NCBI RefSeq assembly: GCF_006345805.1
Contig: NC_043000.1
Location: 54,808,001 to 54,872,000, forward strand
DNA: 64,000 nt
Source: Octopus sinensis
Taxonomy: Eukaryota
Reading direction: 5' to 3'
The notes under the pieces were generated by a model. It did no database searches, was not told where the DNA came from, and saw only the letters and a list, made by a program, of their open reading frames with translations. The translations under genes and the position numbers were made by a program. This document shows, piece by piece, positions 37,700 through 50,255 of this stretch (positions are counted from its first letter, which is position 1; each line of letters opens with the position of its first letter).

Positions 37700-37935
37700 G
37701 CGTGTGCATGTGGTGTAAACCACATTAAGAAAAGCATTTGACATACACACCAGAATGTGAGTTTTCTGTAAATTTTGCTTAATTGGAGTTTAAATTTTAA
37801 AAACTGGACCTGGCATGACCCGATGCATTCTACACTTAAAAATGCTAGGTAAATTGTAATTGAAGAAATCCTATATTGTAGATTTCTATAAGTTACAAAG
37901 GGAGGCAGATAAAATCTGCCTTTTATAATAAGAGA
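37700..37935 (-). mobile_element. possible Helitron 5' fragment
   Basis: Minus strand begins A|TCTCTTATTATAAAAGGCAG, a Helitron-like TC start; no 3' CTAG hairpin was found. Confidence 0.3.
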
Positions 37936-40577
37936 TGCAAGAAAGAAAAATATTATGAGCTGTTAATAAAGCTTATGTGAAGAGATATATAGGAAAACTC
38001 ATCTATATGGCTTACATATAGCTCAATTAAACAATAGCCCTTAGAGAAAAATAATTGACTTTTTTTAATAATATGTATACTGTTCTACAGGAGATCAATA
38101 CATCATAGAAAGTTTACACTACTTGATTTGCAGAACCATTCAATATTGCTCATATCTCTTGAAATGTCTCGTAGGAATATGCGTAAATATGGCGTAAGGT
38201 TGGCGTGTATACGCAGAGAAAAAACTGGTTTCATGATTAGTATATGAGTCCATAACCATTCTTTTTTATTACTGGAAAAAACAAATGATATTCAACGATG
38301 CACTGATTTCACTAATCTGAATTGTTGTAAATCTGAACAGTTATTGGGCTTCGATTTTGAACGATTGCGAGCAATATACATTTTGCAATTAAAAATTAAT
38401 ACGCAAAGGTTTCTTAAGTAATATGAACCGAGAGCTAGTGAGGTCAAAAAGATACTGACATGATATTTACGGCTGGTTTGAAGCCAAACAAAAACATCAG
38501 CGAAAACCTAAAATAATAAAGTGCCTGGTCACTACCATCTCCCTTACAAGCATTCTTATAACATTGTTTCACTTCTACCTTTCGTACAAATGTTCCTAAT
38601 CTGTTGTACAAGATTCTGTGCGTTATCTTTCCATCCTTGTCTCATTTTTTTGCCAGCCTTATTGACTCATATTGTTAAGCAAACTTTTAACTATTTTACA
38701 TAATCATATTTAGACCATAACTACCCTCATCTTACTTTCATTCTATTTTCTGCATTTAATGTAGAGTAGTTGAAGCTGGATATCATTTGCAAATATAGCA
38801 CCTTTATTTCAGGCATGTCAGAAATGTCACGACTTCTCAGCCACTTAAGACTAAATCACAATGTGTAGCATAGAATTAGTTTTTTCATGAGCCAATATTT
38901 CCATAAATATCTGCATTGAAAGAAATGCTAATTAGTCGTAGGTTACGCCCCAACTGGTACCGGTATTCATTGTTTGTAGAGTGGAATAACAATAAACAGA
39001 GTGTTTGTTCATGAGAACTACACGTCATCCGATTTAAGAACCCTGACTTAATTCAACCATGCGATTGTGAATCCAATACCTGAACCACCAAGCCACGTGC
39101 CTTTTCTAATATAGGTTAATGACTTCTAACTTTGAGGCGAGTATGTAGTTGATAACAATCGATATTCATACTTTACTATTAATTGTTTTAACAATCTTCA
39201 TTCTCAAATTGACACCAGACGATATGTCAGTCATGACATTCCTGACAATGATTAAGATAGCTAATAAAGCTCCAATTATAAATATCAAAAATAACATGAG
39301 TTCAGCCTTACATTATACTGTGCAATGAATAGTCCATTAACTTAGATTTCCTGAAACAAAATGCAAGTTTCTACGTCATTGTACGACTAGGGAGAAGAAA
39401 CAGCCAAAATTCAGTAAATTGTACAGTACAAATTAAAATTGGGAAGACATAATGGAGTGGAATGTGACCAGTGGTGTACTTTTCGAAAACAGCACTAGAA
39501 TATCCAAACTATATTTCATCATATTTCTGCCCAAACAACCACAGAGACTATTTAGGCTTCTTTTCAATATTGCGTTATCACAGTGGATACTTCTGACGTG
39601 AGAATTTCATTTAAAACCCTCTTAGTGTATTATTGATTTTACTTTCCGAAAATAAAGAGTGATATACGCAAAAGTCAAAGTTAGTGTAACTGGTTCCGTG
39701 AAATGAGTGATTTTACTAAAATTAATTTAATACATATAGAATAGTTCTCTATTAGTCGGCTATACTTCCCATCAGTATATTCGATAAATATCATTTCGTT
39801 TCTCTTTACGACTCGAAATTTCCTGTGTATTGAAGAAAAATAAATAAGAGCGATAAACATTTTTACCTTCTTCAAGAGTATTCTTTTGTTCTTTCTGCTG
39901 GTTTAAAATAGTATATTGTGCATGACCATTCTCTGGCAAAAATATCAAAGATTTTCCAGTCAATCAAGAAGCCCAATTATAACTAGATACATATTCTATA
40001 GATTTGAATCTATAGAGTTGCTAAATTACCTCAAGCGCATACCTGTGATTCTTTTTTAACGAGCAGTGTGGTATCACACACATAAAATCAAACAAACATG
40101 TTTAAGCCGCAGACGATGCACAGAGTTTGTCTGTAAAATTCAACTTACAAAGTACTATTCAAACTGCTTGAAAATACTTGTCCAGGTTGCATACAAAGAG
40201 GTAGAAAACGTAGCCATGTGTCAGCGAACGGAATTCCTTAATAGACATGTTTAAACATTAACATTTCCCCTCAACTTAGATCGCTTTGTGATTACATAAT
40301 TGGTGTAAACCTGAAGTTATAGATAGGTAATTATTTAAATACACATTTTAGGAAATAGAAAATGGGAGACTGTAATATTCATATATTTTCCAATGGTTTA
40401 AATAGTTTAATAGAACTATGCATGATTCAGCTGTGGATTGACGCAACATAACACTTCATTACACCGGAAGTGCACCTACATTATTAAGTACTTAATAATC
40501 GTTAATGATTCAACATAAATATTAATGCATAGACTATTAACTTCTAATCTACTGCAATAAAATATAAGCAAACGCTA

Positions 40578-40579
40578 TA

Positions 40580-40616
<37 letters not shown>

Positions 40617-40662
40617 GTAATAATAATAATAATACCAATAATAAATAATAATACCAATAATA

Positions 40663-40711
<49 letters not shown>
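40578..40711. repeat. (TAA)n array on the 5' side of the RLE element
   Basis: Directly visible. Confidence 0.95.
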
Positions 40712-42276
40712 TAAATGTAAATAAATAAATGTGCAAAGGCTACCTTTATCAAAGGAAAAATGACAGAAACATCTAACGTTAACCTTGACCAACAGAATGT
40801 CATAAAAGAACTAGACCCAGCAGAGAGCTACAAGTACCTAGGGGTAATTGAAGGGAACGGAATAAGGCATTCAGAGATGAAGGAAAGGATCAGGAGAGAA
40901 TGCTATCGAAGAGTGAGAGCAATACTCAAGACAGAGCTGAATGCAAGAAACAGGATCGAAGCAATCAATGCATTAGCTATACCAGTCGTGACTTACAGTT
41001 TCAATATTGTTAACTGGTCAATTACTGAAATATGTCAGTTCGACAGAAAAATAAGGAAACTGTTGACAATGCATAGAATGCACCACCCTAAGGCAGATAC
41101 AGAACGACTCTATCTGCCAAGAAAAGAGGGAGACCGTGGTCTTTTGCAACTGGCAATAACAATGAAGATTGCTACAATTGGCCAAAGGAATATCTAAGTG
41201 AATTCCGAATACAACCAATTTCGGAATTAGAGATAGACATACAAGAAACAAGCACAGAAAAAGCTAGGCGCATGAAAACCCGTGCCAAAACTGCGGCCTT
41301 AGATATTCTGAATAATAAATGGCAAGAAAAACCTCTCTATGGCAAATACCCAAAGAGAGCGAATAATGCAGATATCGACAAAGCCCTGACCCATCAATGG
41401 CTAATGGCCTCTGGCTTAAAATCTGAAACAGAGGGGTTTATCATAGCAGCTCAAGATCAATGCCTACCAACAAGAAACTACCAGGCCAACATATTAAAGA
41501 TCAGAAGCAGTCCAACGTGTCGTGTATGCAAGCAACAAAATGAAACCATTGACCATGTGGTCTCCAAGTGCAGTCTTCTAGCGCCTACAGAGTATCTCAA
41601 CAGGCACGATAGAGCTGCACAATATATTCACTGGGTAATCTGTAAAAGCCTGGATTTGCCCCATGAAAAAAACTGGTGGGAACACAAACCACCCCCAGTG
41701 CTTGAAAATGACCACATCTCACTCCTCTGGAACTTCACCATTCAAACTGACAGGAAGATAGATGCAAATAGGCCAGACATCATATTGAAAGACTTCAAAC
41801 AAAGAACATGCCTCCTCATTGATATGACTGTCCCAATCGATATAAACGTATCTGTAAGGACCTACCAAAAACTGAGCAAATATAAAGATCTTGAAATAGA
41901 AATCAGCAAAATGTGGAAGCTGAAGACTAAAACAATACCTGTTGTCATAGGTGCCCTGGGAATGATAGCAAAAGGGGCTGATAGCTACCTAACTCAGATA
42001 CCAGGAAACCCAAAAATGGCAGAAGTTCAAAAGATAGTGCTCATGGGAACTGCCTATATCCTACGCAAAATACTCTCTATGTAACCTCAAGGTTTAAAAC
42101 AACCATAATTTTCGGTTTAAAAAAAAAAAAACAACTTTTTTTTTTTACATCCCCACCCCCCAAATATATGGTACACTAGGCATAACAACAACATGAACTT
42201 CCAACCCTGTTGTCTCTTGAGGTCTCTGGGTGAGACTTGGAGCCAACTTGTACAAATATAAAGCAAAAGTCAAACA

Positions 42277-42279
<3 letters not shown>
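40712..42279 (+). mobile_element. 5'-truncated R4/Dong-type non-LTR retrotransposon (RT C-terminus, CCHC knuckle, restriction-like endonuclease) inserted in (TAA)n
   Basis: ESYKYLGV, RLYLPRKEGDRGL (late RT/thumb); CRVCKQQNETIDHVVSKC (CCHC); RPDIILKDFKQRTCLLIDMTVP...QKLSKYKDL (PD-D/E-x-K RLE); IPVVIGALG; 3' UTR 42085-42279; TAA repeats on both sides. Confidence 0.92.
40730..42084 (+). pseudogene. RLE-type retrotransposon ORF remnant, with one frameshifting internal deletion near 41180
   Basis: ORFs 40760-41197 and 41272-42084. The second frame extends upstream as AKEYLSEFRIQP..., showing a deletion junction after KIATIG. Confidence 0.85.
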
Positions 42280-42314
<35 letters not shown>

Positions 42315-42342
42315 TAATAATAATAATGATAGTAATAATAAT
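42280..42342. repeat. (TAA)n array on the 3' side of the RLE element
   Basis: Directly visible. Confidence 0.95.
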
Positions 42343-42846
42343 CACTTTTTGATAAGTTTTTCAAAGGAGTACAATGTTTAAATGTCAATACTTATTATAT
42401 TTTGTTATGAGATTTTATTTTTATGTAAGATGTTTTATAGTGTTTTATGGGATAAGTGCAATTTAAAACATGAAACAGCTAGTTTAATCATACACTAAGG
42501 TTGAATTCTCAGAGATAAATCTCTATGGAAATCAACAGTTGACTAAGAATAAATACATTTTATACATAGCATTAAATATCAACTGAAAAATATTAAAGCG
42601 GTGCGGAGATTAGAATATTCATTTAATGACCAATATAATTTTAATCTCTCTGCAAGTAAGGGAGACACGTCTACCTTGCGATTTTATACCTACTCAAGCA
42701 ATAATGGCTCATCGTATTTACCGAAGAGAGATACGGGAATCATTATGCTGGAGTATGGTATGGTTTGATATATATTTTAATTATACTTAATGGAATTTCC
42801 AACAATTCGTACTGATTATAATAATTTAAACGGTTACAACCATTTT

Positions 42847-42970
<124 letters not shown>

Positions 42971-43505
42971 CTATAACGGAGAAAGCTGTTTATTAGTTAT
43001 GTAACAATTACTAAAAGTGCAAAGGGAAAGCAATTATCAAAAGGCTGGGAGTCTGGAAATATTTTTTATGAATTGGTGGTCAAAGAAATTTCCTATAATT
43101 TCGATTTCTCAAGTTTATTGAATATTTCCAACTCCAAATTCTCGCATGCATTCACTGCGTCCAAATTCTTTACAAATTTAAACATTCATTGCATTCCCTA
43201 CGGAGTATTCCATTGTTATTTGCAAAGTCTTTCCCTTTTAATGTTTTAATTTCAAGTTTTAATTCACTATTTCGAAATCCGACAGTATATTCTATTAATG
43301 TATGCGTAATGTAAAAAACATTATTTATTGAATGAAAATGTTTTAAAGCACCTGTATAATTTTTGTAAAATCAATTTAAAGGTGATTTTGTTCGTATGGC
43401 TATTTGGAACATTATAAGCCTTACAAAAACAACTATCCGGACCGAGTTTCCTCCATTGGTGGACGAAAAACAAAAGTAAATTGTAATCTAAATTTTTACA
43501 CTCAG

Positions 43506-43603
43506 CGTCGCTTTGAAACCGCGACCTGTTCACTGACAAAACTTCGTGCTACATCACTTTTCTGAAATTTTGTCTGTAAACGGGTCGCGGTTTCAAAGCG
43601 ACG
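43506..43603. repeat. 98-bp GC/CpG-rich hairpin
   Basis: CGTCGCTTTGAAACCGCGACC and GGTCGCGGTTTCAAAGCGACG form a perfect 21-bp stem that extends imperfectly to about 38 bp. Confidence 0.9.
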
Positions 43604-45248
43604 AAAATATTTTCGCACAAATTAAATTTAAATGTTGAAGGGAAACAAACAGTTTTGTGTGTTCTTGAATGGCTTACAAACATTTCCCATGCTGCAATTG
43701 TTTTTGTTTCAGCACTCGACCTCATATCAAGTTACTTGCTCTGCAGTTACATCTCCGTGGTTTTAAAAAATCATTGTTGATAAATGCCAAGAATGACCTT
43801 CTCAGGATCTCCAGTATTTTAATTTCTAAACAGAAACAATCGGGGGGAGGGTGTGGGGTTGCAAAACATTCGCAATTTCTTAAATTTTCTTTTTTATATG
43901 ATTAAAATGTAGTTATGAGGAAAAATATTGTAAATCATCAACACATGTGAGAGCGGTTAAGAAACGAGGAGAGATTTCGTTGGGTACGGTAGAAACAACA
44001 ACCAAATCGCCCTTAGATCACTCACTTTTCTCTCTGAAAAAATCAATTCTTTTATTCCTTTTACCGAAAATGCTCTTCCCATGGTTTTAAAGTGCAAAAT
44101 AGGTCCGGAGTGGGATGGTGAACGAAGGGGATTGTATGAAAAAAATGAGATTTCAAAAGTTTTCATGAAAAAGTTGTCACCACAACCCCATCATTTCAAA
44201 CGTTGTAGTTGAAAAAAAATGAGGAACATCCCCGAAAATATGCCGTTCGAAAGGGCTTTGTATAAATTTTCATAAAATCATATTCATATTCTTGAAAGTT
44301 ATGAGAGAAAATAGTCAGATCCGGTGAAATTTCCGAAAATTCTCTCTCCACCTTTTCGGAAAAATTATTTCCCATAAAGCCACATCATCTAAACTGTATT
44401 TATGGAAGATTCTATTAAAAACTATCCATTCTCCGGGATATTATGAGCCAACAAAATCAGGGGCGTATACATCTGTATACATTTATACGTTTTTTCCTTT
44501 CATGTTTATTTCATTTATCTCTCCCCCCTCTCTCTCTCTCTCTCTCTCTCGCACACACAAACTGCAAAGCATGCAGAAAATCTGGTGAATTGTAATCTCT
44601 ACGTTGCTTTGAGGGGAAGGTAAAACTTACAAATTCTCTCTCCCTCTAGTATGGTGCTTGTTTCAAAGAGATATATTATGACTGCGATAAAACAATGAAA
44701 GCAATATTTTCTAAGCAAGTGAGCACTATTATACAAAGAAATGATTAGGCATAAAATATAAAAATTATTAGAATCAGCAATTAAATGTACAAATATTATC
44801 AAGGTGCCAAGAAAAATCCCCCCGGAGGGTGGATTAAAATATCTATGACTTAAAGTACCTATAAATTCCATACATGCATTATTAATTTTATCATTATTAT
44901 CCTTAGTATATTTATCCTACATTATATTGACACAGTTCAGTGCGACTCCCAAAAACTGGTATCGCCAGTTGGTGTCATTAGGTGGTAGCCGGAATAATAA
45001 AATAAGAGCTTTTATATGCATATTTTATACGTTTCCCGTATACTAACTTAAAGGATATGCACACACACACATATGTATATATACATATATATATATATAA
45101 TTATTGAAGTAGATAAATGAATTATCTTATTACGGATTATTCAAATGATAACCGATACCTGGGTAGCAAAAATCACAACAGAAAAGCACGGTTGAGGTTA
45201 CGACCATGGGGCCTAAAAACCGTGCCTTAGTGCGGAAATTTGAAATTT

Positions 45249-45645
45249 TATATATTTAGTGTAGGAAGAACTGGAGCTGAACGAAGATTTAACAAAATTC
45301 CTTTTTATTATTTTCTACACATGTTTCAAATGCTGCAAAGTCCCTAATTCGGATTGAATAAGGAGTCCATTTTGCAGCCTTCTTATCAGGAAAATCCAGG
45401 AACTTAATTCTCCAACAAAATACACAGCAAGCTTTTCGACAAACGCTCACGAGGAGCCCTTTTGTCGAAAAGCTTGCTGTGCATTTTGTTGGAGAATTAA
45501 GTTCCTGGATTTTCCTGAAGAGAAGGCTGCAAAATGGACTCCTTATTCAATCCGAATTAGGGACTTTGCAGCCTTTGAAACATATGTAGAAAATAATAAA
45601 AAGGAATTTTGTTAAATCTTCGTTCAGCTCCAGTTCTTCCTACAC

Positions 45646-45655
<10 letters not shown>
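45249..45655. repeat. near-perfect foldback palindrome (195-bp arms, 17-nt loop)
   Basis: Arms 45249-45443 and 45461-45655, five mismatches counted by eye; the right end runs into (TA)n at 45648-45738. Confidence 0.95.
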
Positions 45656-45732
<77 letters not shown>

Positions 45733-45852
45733 TATATATGGCAGAATATTTAGCGCGCCGGTCAACGATGCTTAAGTAGATTAGATACTTTATCCCGTAT
45801 CTCTAAGTTTTCAATTCAAATCTCACTGAGACAATATTTTTACTCACGTAGA

Positions 45853-46180
45853 GGCGTGACAGTATGATAAGAAACTTGCTTCACAATCGCATGGTTCTGG
45901 GTTCAGTCTTCTACTATAGCCTCGACCCGACCAAATCCTTGTGAGTGGATTTGGTAATGGGAAACTGAAAGAAGACCGTCCTATCTATATGTAATTTATC
46001 TTTGTGTTGCCCCACCACCATCAGGTAGCAACCGGTGTTGTTATATTCACGCCCCCATATGACTAATAGAATAAGTCCCGAGATTAAAAAGAAATAAGTG
46101 TGTGGTGATTTCTTCGAATAAGTAAATCATGAAGGTGATTCCCCAACATGGCTGCAGTCAAGTGACTGGAACAGATAAAA
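45853..46180 (+). mobile_element. SINE family A, decayed, with an internal deletion of the core
   Basis: GGGTTCAGTC|TTCTACTATAGCC (deletion at a GTC microhomology), GTGAGTGGATTTGGTA, CCCCAACATGGCTGCAGTC tail. Confidence 0.8.
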
Positions 46181-46397
46181 TATGTGTGTCTGTCCGTGGC
46201 TATGATAGAAGACACTTGCCCAAGGTCATTACGTTTATTTTCTTTCCCATCCTTTCTTTCTGTCGAAGAGCAGCGAATCGTCAAAGACTCTTCCTCAGCG
46301 TCGAACTAATATACCTGTGTGTTGTTCCCTCACGTGTATATATATATATATATTAGAAGCTTTCGAGGTGATGTACAGGTATTATATATTAGAAGAA

Positions 46398-46617
46398 ATA
46401 AGGTACTCAGAAATCTGGATGGTTTTACATTTACAGATTTTTATTAATATATCACATGTTTTTATAAATCATATATTCGCGCTAGCATCTATTCTAGTAG
46501 AATCCCCAGAGATTCTACTAGAGTAGATGCAAGCGCCAATATATGATTTATAAAAATATGTGACATATTAATAAAAATCTGTAAATTTAATACCATCTAG
46601 ATTTCTGTGTACCTTAT
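46398..46617. repeat. foldback palindrome (107-bp arms, 6-nt loop)
   Basis: Arms 46398-46504 and 46511-46617, about nine mismatches; the right end runs into (TA)n. Confidence 0.92.
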
Positions 46618-46974
46618 ATATATATATATATCAGAAAATAACAAGAAATTGAGCATATACGAAACTTAAAGGGCAGCAGATCCTCCTGGTGATTATTGCC
46701 GGGCAATCTCGCCTGTGACTGATTGTAACTGAACAACGTAGATGACGTAAAATAAGTGTCTTCGGCATGAATACTGCATATTACCTGTCTTAAGGAAAAT
46801 AAAGTCGAAGGCCTTTAGCATTTGTCAACTCGATCCAATCGGAATTTGCAATTAGAAACTAAAACATACATTCATAACTTTATACTTCAGTATCACTTAC
46901 ATGTAGCTCTAAAACGAATACAACAAGAGCATTAGTTAAATATATTGAAGGCGAAATTTTTCAAATTAAAAATA

Positions 46975-47192
46975 TTATTTTCTACCCTAGGCACAAGGCC
47001 CGAAAAGTTTGGGGAAGAGGCAAGTCAATTAGATCGACCCAAGTACGCAACTGGTACTTAATTTATTGACCCCGAAAAGAATGAAATGTAAAGTCGACCT
47101 CGGTGGAATTTAAACTCAGAGCGTAAAAATAGACGAAATACCGATATGCATTTAACTGGGCGTGCTAACGTTTCTGCCAGCTCACAGCCTTC
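46975..47192 (-). mobile_element. SINE family B (Nin/Deu-like)
   Basis: Reverse complement GAGCTGGCAGAAACGTTAG...GAGTTTAAATTCCACCGAGGTCGACTTTAC...GGGGTCAATAAATTAAGTACCAGTTGCG. Confidence 0.8.
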
Positions 47193-47595
47193 CTACACAT
47201 ATATATTACAATATATATTTTAAACCAAACAAAAAATATGTAGGAAACATAAAACACTAATGGCGCTCTCAGTTTACAAGTGATCTTGTTCCAGCAATTT
47301 ATATATATATATAAATATATAGAAAAAGAAATATTAAAATCGTCAAAATATAAACATTTCTACTTCTCCCAAGACAACTTGTGCTATTGTCTTTACATGC
47401 CTGAATGTACACGGACACGCCAAATATAATTATGCTTAACTACAATTTATTCAACTCTGATAAGTGAGCCTTAATCAATTCATAATGTTTGGTATATTAT
47501 GTAATTTTTCAGCAAAATGTAGACAGTAGTACAAACTATGTAATTTGTAATCGATTCAGAAGCTATATGTAATAACATTTTGTAGATGCTTTCAT

Positions 47596-48505
47596 CTAAC
47601 TCGGCATCGAAATCCCGATGGGACTTCGATGCTGAGTTAGAGTTAGAGAGAGGGAGAGGGAGAAAGGAGATAAGTCAGAGGGACTGCCACTGCTTAGTTC
47701 AGATTTAAATCTAATATTTAGGAGTCTACTAAAGTGGTTAAGGGCGGCAACAATTCGTGATCAGAAGAACGATGAAAAAATTTGGCCAGTAAAATCAGCT
47801 GACGTCCATAGAATCCCTGACGTGGGCGCTAGCTGAGTTGGTCTTTCTTACTTGCTCCCTCCAGAAAGTATTCATACCAATGATGGATTGTGAAACCCGG
47901 GGATGTGATGTGCATCTAAAACTCTTCAATTGACACGTCTAGTAACTGAGTATTCTTGAAACTTCACAGTTTAGCTAGTGATAGGTCCATCAATCTACTG
48001 AACACATTCAGATAGCAAATTTACTGATTGTGAATAGAACACTCCAGTTTCGAATGGACGCTAAGTCCCATTATACACTCTTATACATAGATTTTTCATA
48101 CGAACATTTTCGGATAATTCGCAGTTTATTGACTCTATTTTATTGGAAACTGTAAAGTGATCGTGACTAGTATATTGAATTAGGGGATCTTTCACTAGCT
48201 CTAGACTACTTTTAGATGAAAAAAATCATTTTCTATGATCCAAGTTTACTACTGCAATGGATAGGTCATGAAATATTTTTAAAGTAGAGTATGTAAGCAT
48301 ATATATAAATATACACCATACTTCATACATCATACATATATGTGTGTGTACTTGTGTGTGCGTATGTATATATGAATGCATGCATATGTATATGTAATTA
48401 TACGTGTATGTATGTACATGTGTGTGTGCGTGTGTGTGTGTACGCGTGTGTGCGTATCTAAAGCAGGAACTCTAACTCAGCATCGGGATTTCGATGCCAA
48501 GTTAG
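47596..48505. other. 910-bp segment bounded by inverted copies of a self-complementary 40-45-bp motif
   Basis: 47596-47644 reverse complement AACTCTAACTCAGCATCGAAGTCCCATCGGGATTTCGATGCCGAGTTAG vs 48468-48505 AACTCTAACTCAGCATCG-GGATTTCGATGCCAAGTTAG. Confidence 0.7.
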
Positions 48506-49716
48506 TAGGTGTATAACTATGCAAAATTATAATAATCCTCGTTTCTATTGTGGATGATTACCATCCTTATTTTATTTTATTTTAAAATTTTATTCAATCA
48601 TTTTTCAATATATTTTGTAAGGTAATGAATATAAGTAAATACAGCCTCCTCTATCTCTTTCTTCTCATTATCATCCTCTCCTTATCACTCATTCCCTTAT
48701 TACTACGCTTTGCCCATTCTCGAAGATTAAGCTGTCATATAGTCCCACTCCTTTTGGTAATTCAGTAGGCTGACCTGACAGTAATTGCTTCTCTCACTTC
48801 TAACTAGGGGACATAAACATATTCCTTAAGATTACAATCTACACGATCAGAGCCGATCCTATTGTTGCAAGTTTAGATAACTGGGTCATTTGTGTCAATT
48901 ATCTCCTCCCCCTTCCAAAAACTAATAACCCCTAAGTTCTTCTTTGTCCTGACCAAATGTAAACTATACTGATAACCTCGTCCTGCCAGCTGAATTGTAT
49001 CAGGATCAATGTAAATATTTAAAGTCAGTGAATTTTTTAACTATGTTGAATAAGTCGAACTGTCCTTTATATTTGAAGATCATAAATTCATCTGACGAAG
49101 GCGGTTTCTTTACAATGATGTAATGTTCTCATTAATCAATCAAAGGAATTGTTAGAAAACGCCATAAAAATGGTTTGACGCTTGTACCTCTTTGTTACTC
49201 ACCTGGAATCCACGCTTCGCGAATATTATACACAGTATCTTTAATATAAAATACATGTCTGAATAGCTACGAACGGATTTCTTCTCTCAGGTGGGTCTTA
49301 CGATCTGCATACACTGCAAGAATATCATGTGGCCGGAACCTTAGCACCACATCTGATATTCACTTAACATTGTTGAGTATGCATGCTACTCAGACATAAC
49401 TAGGTACCTCAATTTTAAGCAGCTAATTCAACTGAATCTTAATTGTGTGTATATATATATATATATATTATATATATATATATCATGTAGTAACATTTAC
49501 TATTTATTATACTTTATTGATTTTTAGAGTAAGGGTTTTATAGTATATGTTTTCTATATGGTGCGAATAGCATCTTTCAATTTTCAATTGTTTAACAGAG
49601 GGTTTTCTCTAAATTATATACATATATTATATATTGTGAAATTTGATTTAAAATTCTTAAATTGAATTTTTCCCTGTAAGTATTGGAATTATATTCCTTA
49701 CTATTATACGTATATA

Positions 49717-50125
49717 TCTATATATATAAAACTCATCTTGTGTGTTTGTGTGTGTATCTGTGTGTGTGTCTGTGTATTTAACTTCCCGGCACATCTGCTC
49801 CTAGCCAACAAATCGTAGAAACACCAAAAAGGGGTCGCTTAAAGTTTAGGCGAATGAAAATTGAACTGCGCTATTTCTGTTCCGAAATTCATCTCGCAAG
49901 TGCAAAAATCGATAATGTGTTTGCTTAGGCCTTATCACATGCATTGAATAGTGAACTTTACTCAGTCAGCTGTTTGACGTGAACTGCGTTCACCACGTGT
50001 GCAAGCATGCGTAAATTGCATGGAAAGTAAAAAATCAAGATATAAAAACGAATCACCGTAAACATTGTAGAAATTCGGCAAAGAAATGAATTTTCGGGAT
50101 GTAGCCTGGAGGGTTTTTTCGTATT
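49717..50125 (+). mobile_element. non-autonomous Helitron-like 5' portion
   Basis: A|TCTATATATATAAAAC followed by a (GT)-rich microsatellite, the typical 5' end of short Helitrons; the 3' CTAG hairpin is absent. Confidence 0.45.
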
Positions 50126-50153
50126 AATATATATATATATGTGTGTATATATA

Positions 50154-50232
<79 letters not shown>

Positions 50233-50255
50233 TACATATATACATATATATATAT
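50125..50255. repeat. (TA)n microsatellite
   Basis: Directly visible. Confidence 0.95.

Noticed and set aside
43850-44480. Repeat-like AT-rich segment resembling MITE or Helentron interiors
   Set aside because: No termini or second copy in the window to support a call.
49040-49110. SDEFMIFKYKGQ resembling the piggyBac DE-x-M-x2-FKG motif
   Set aside because: The match is too short, with stops on both sides and no other piggyBac motif or TTAA ends.
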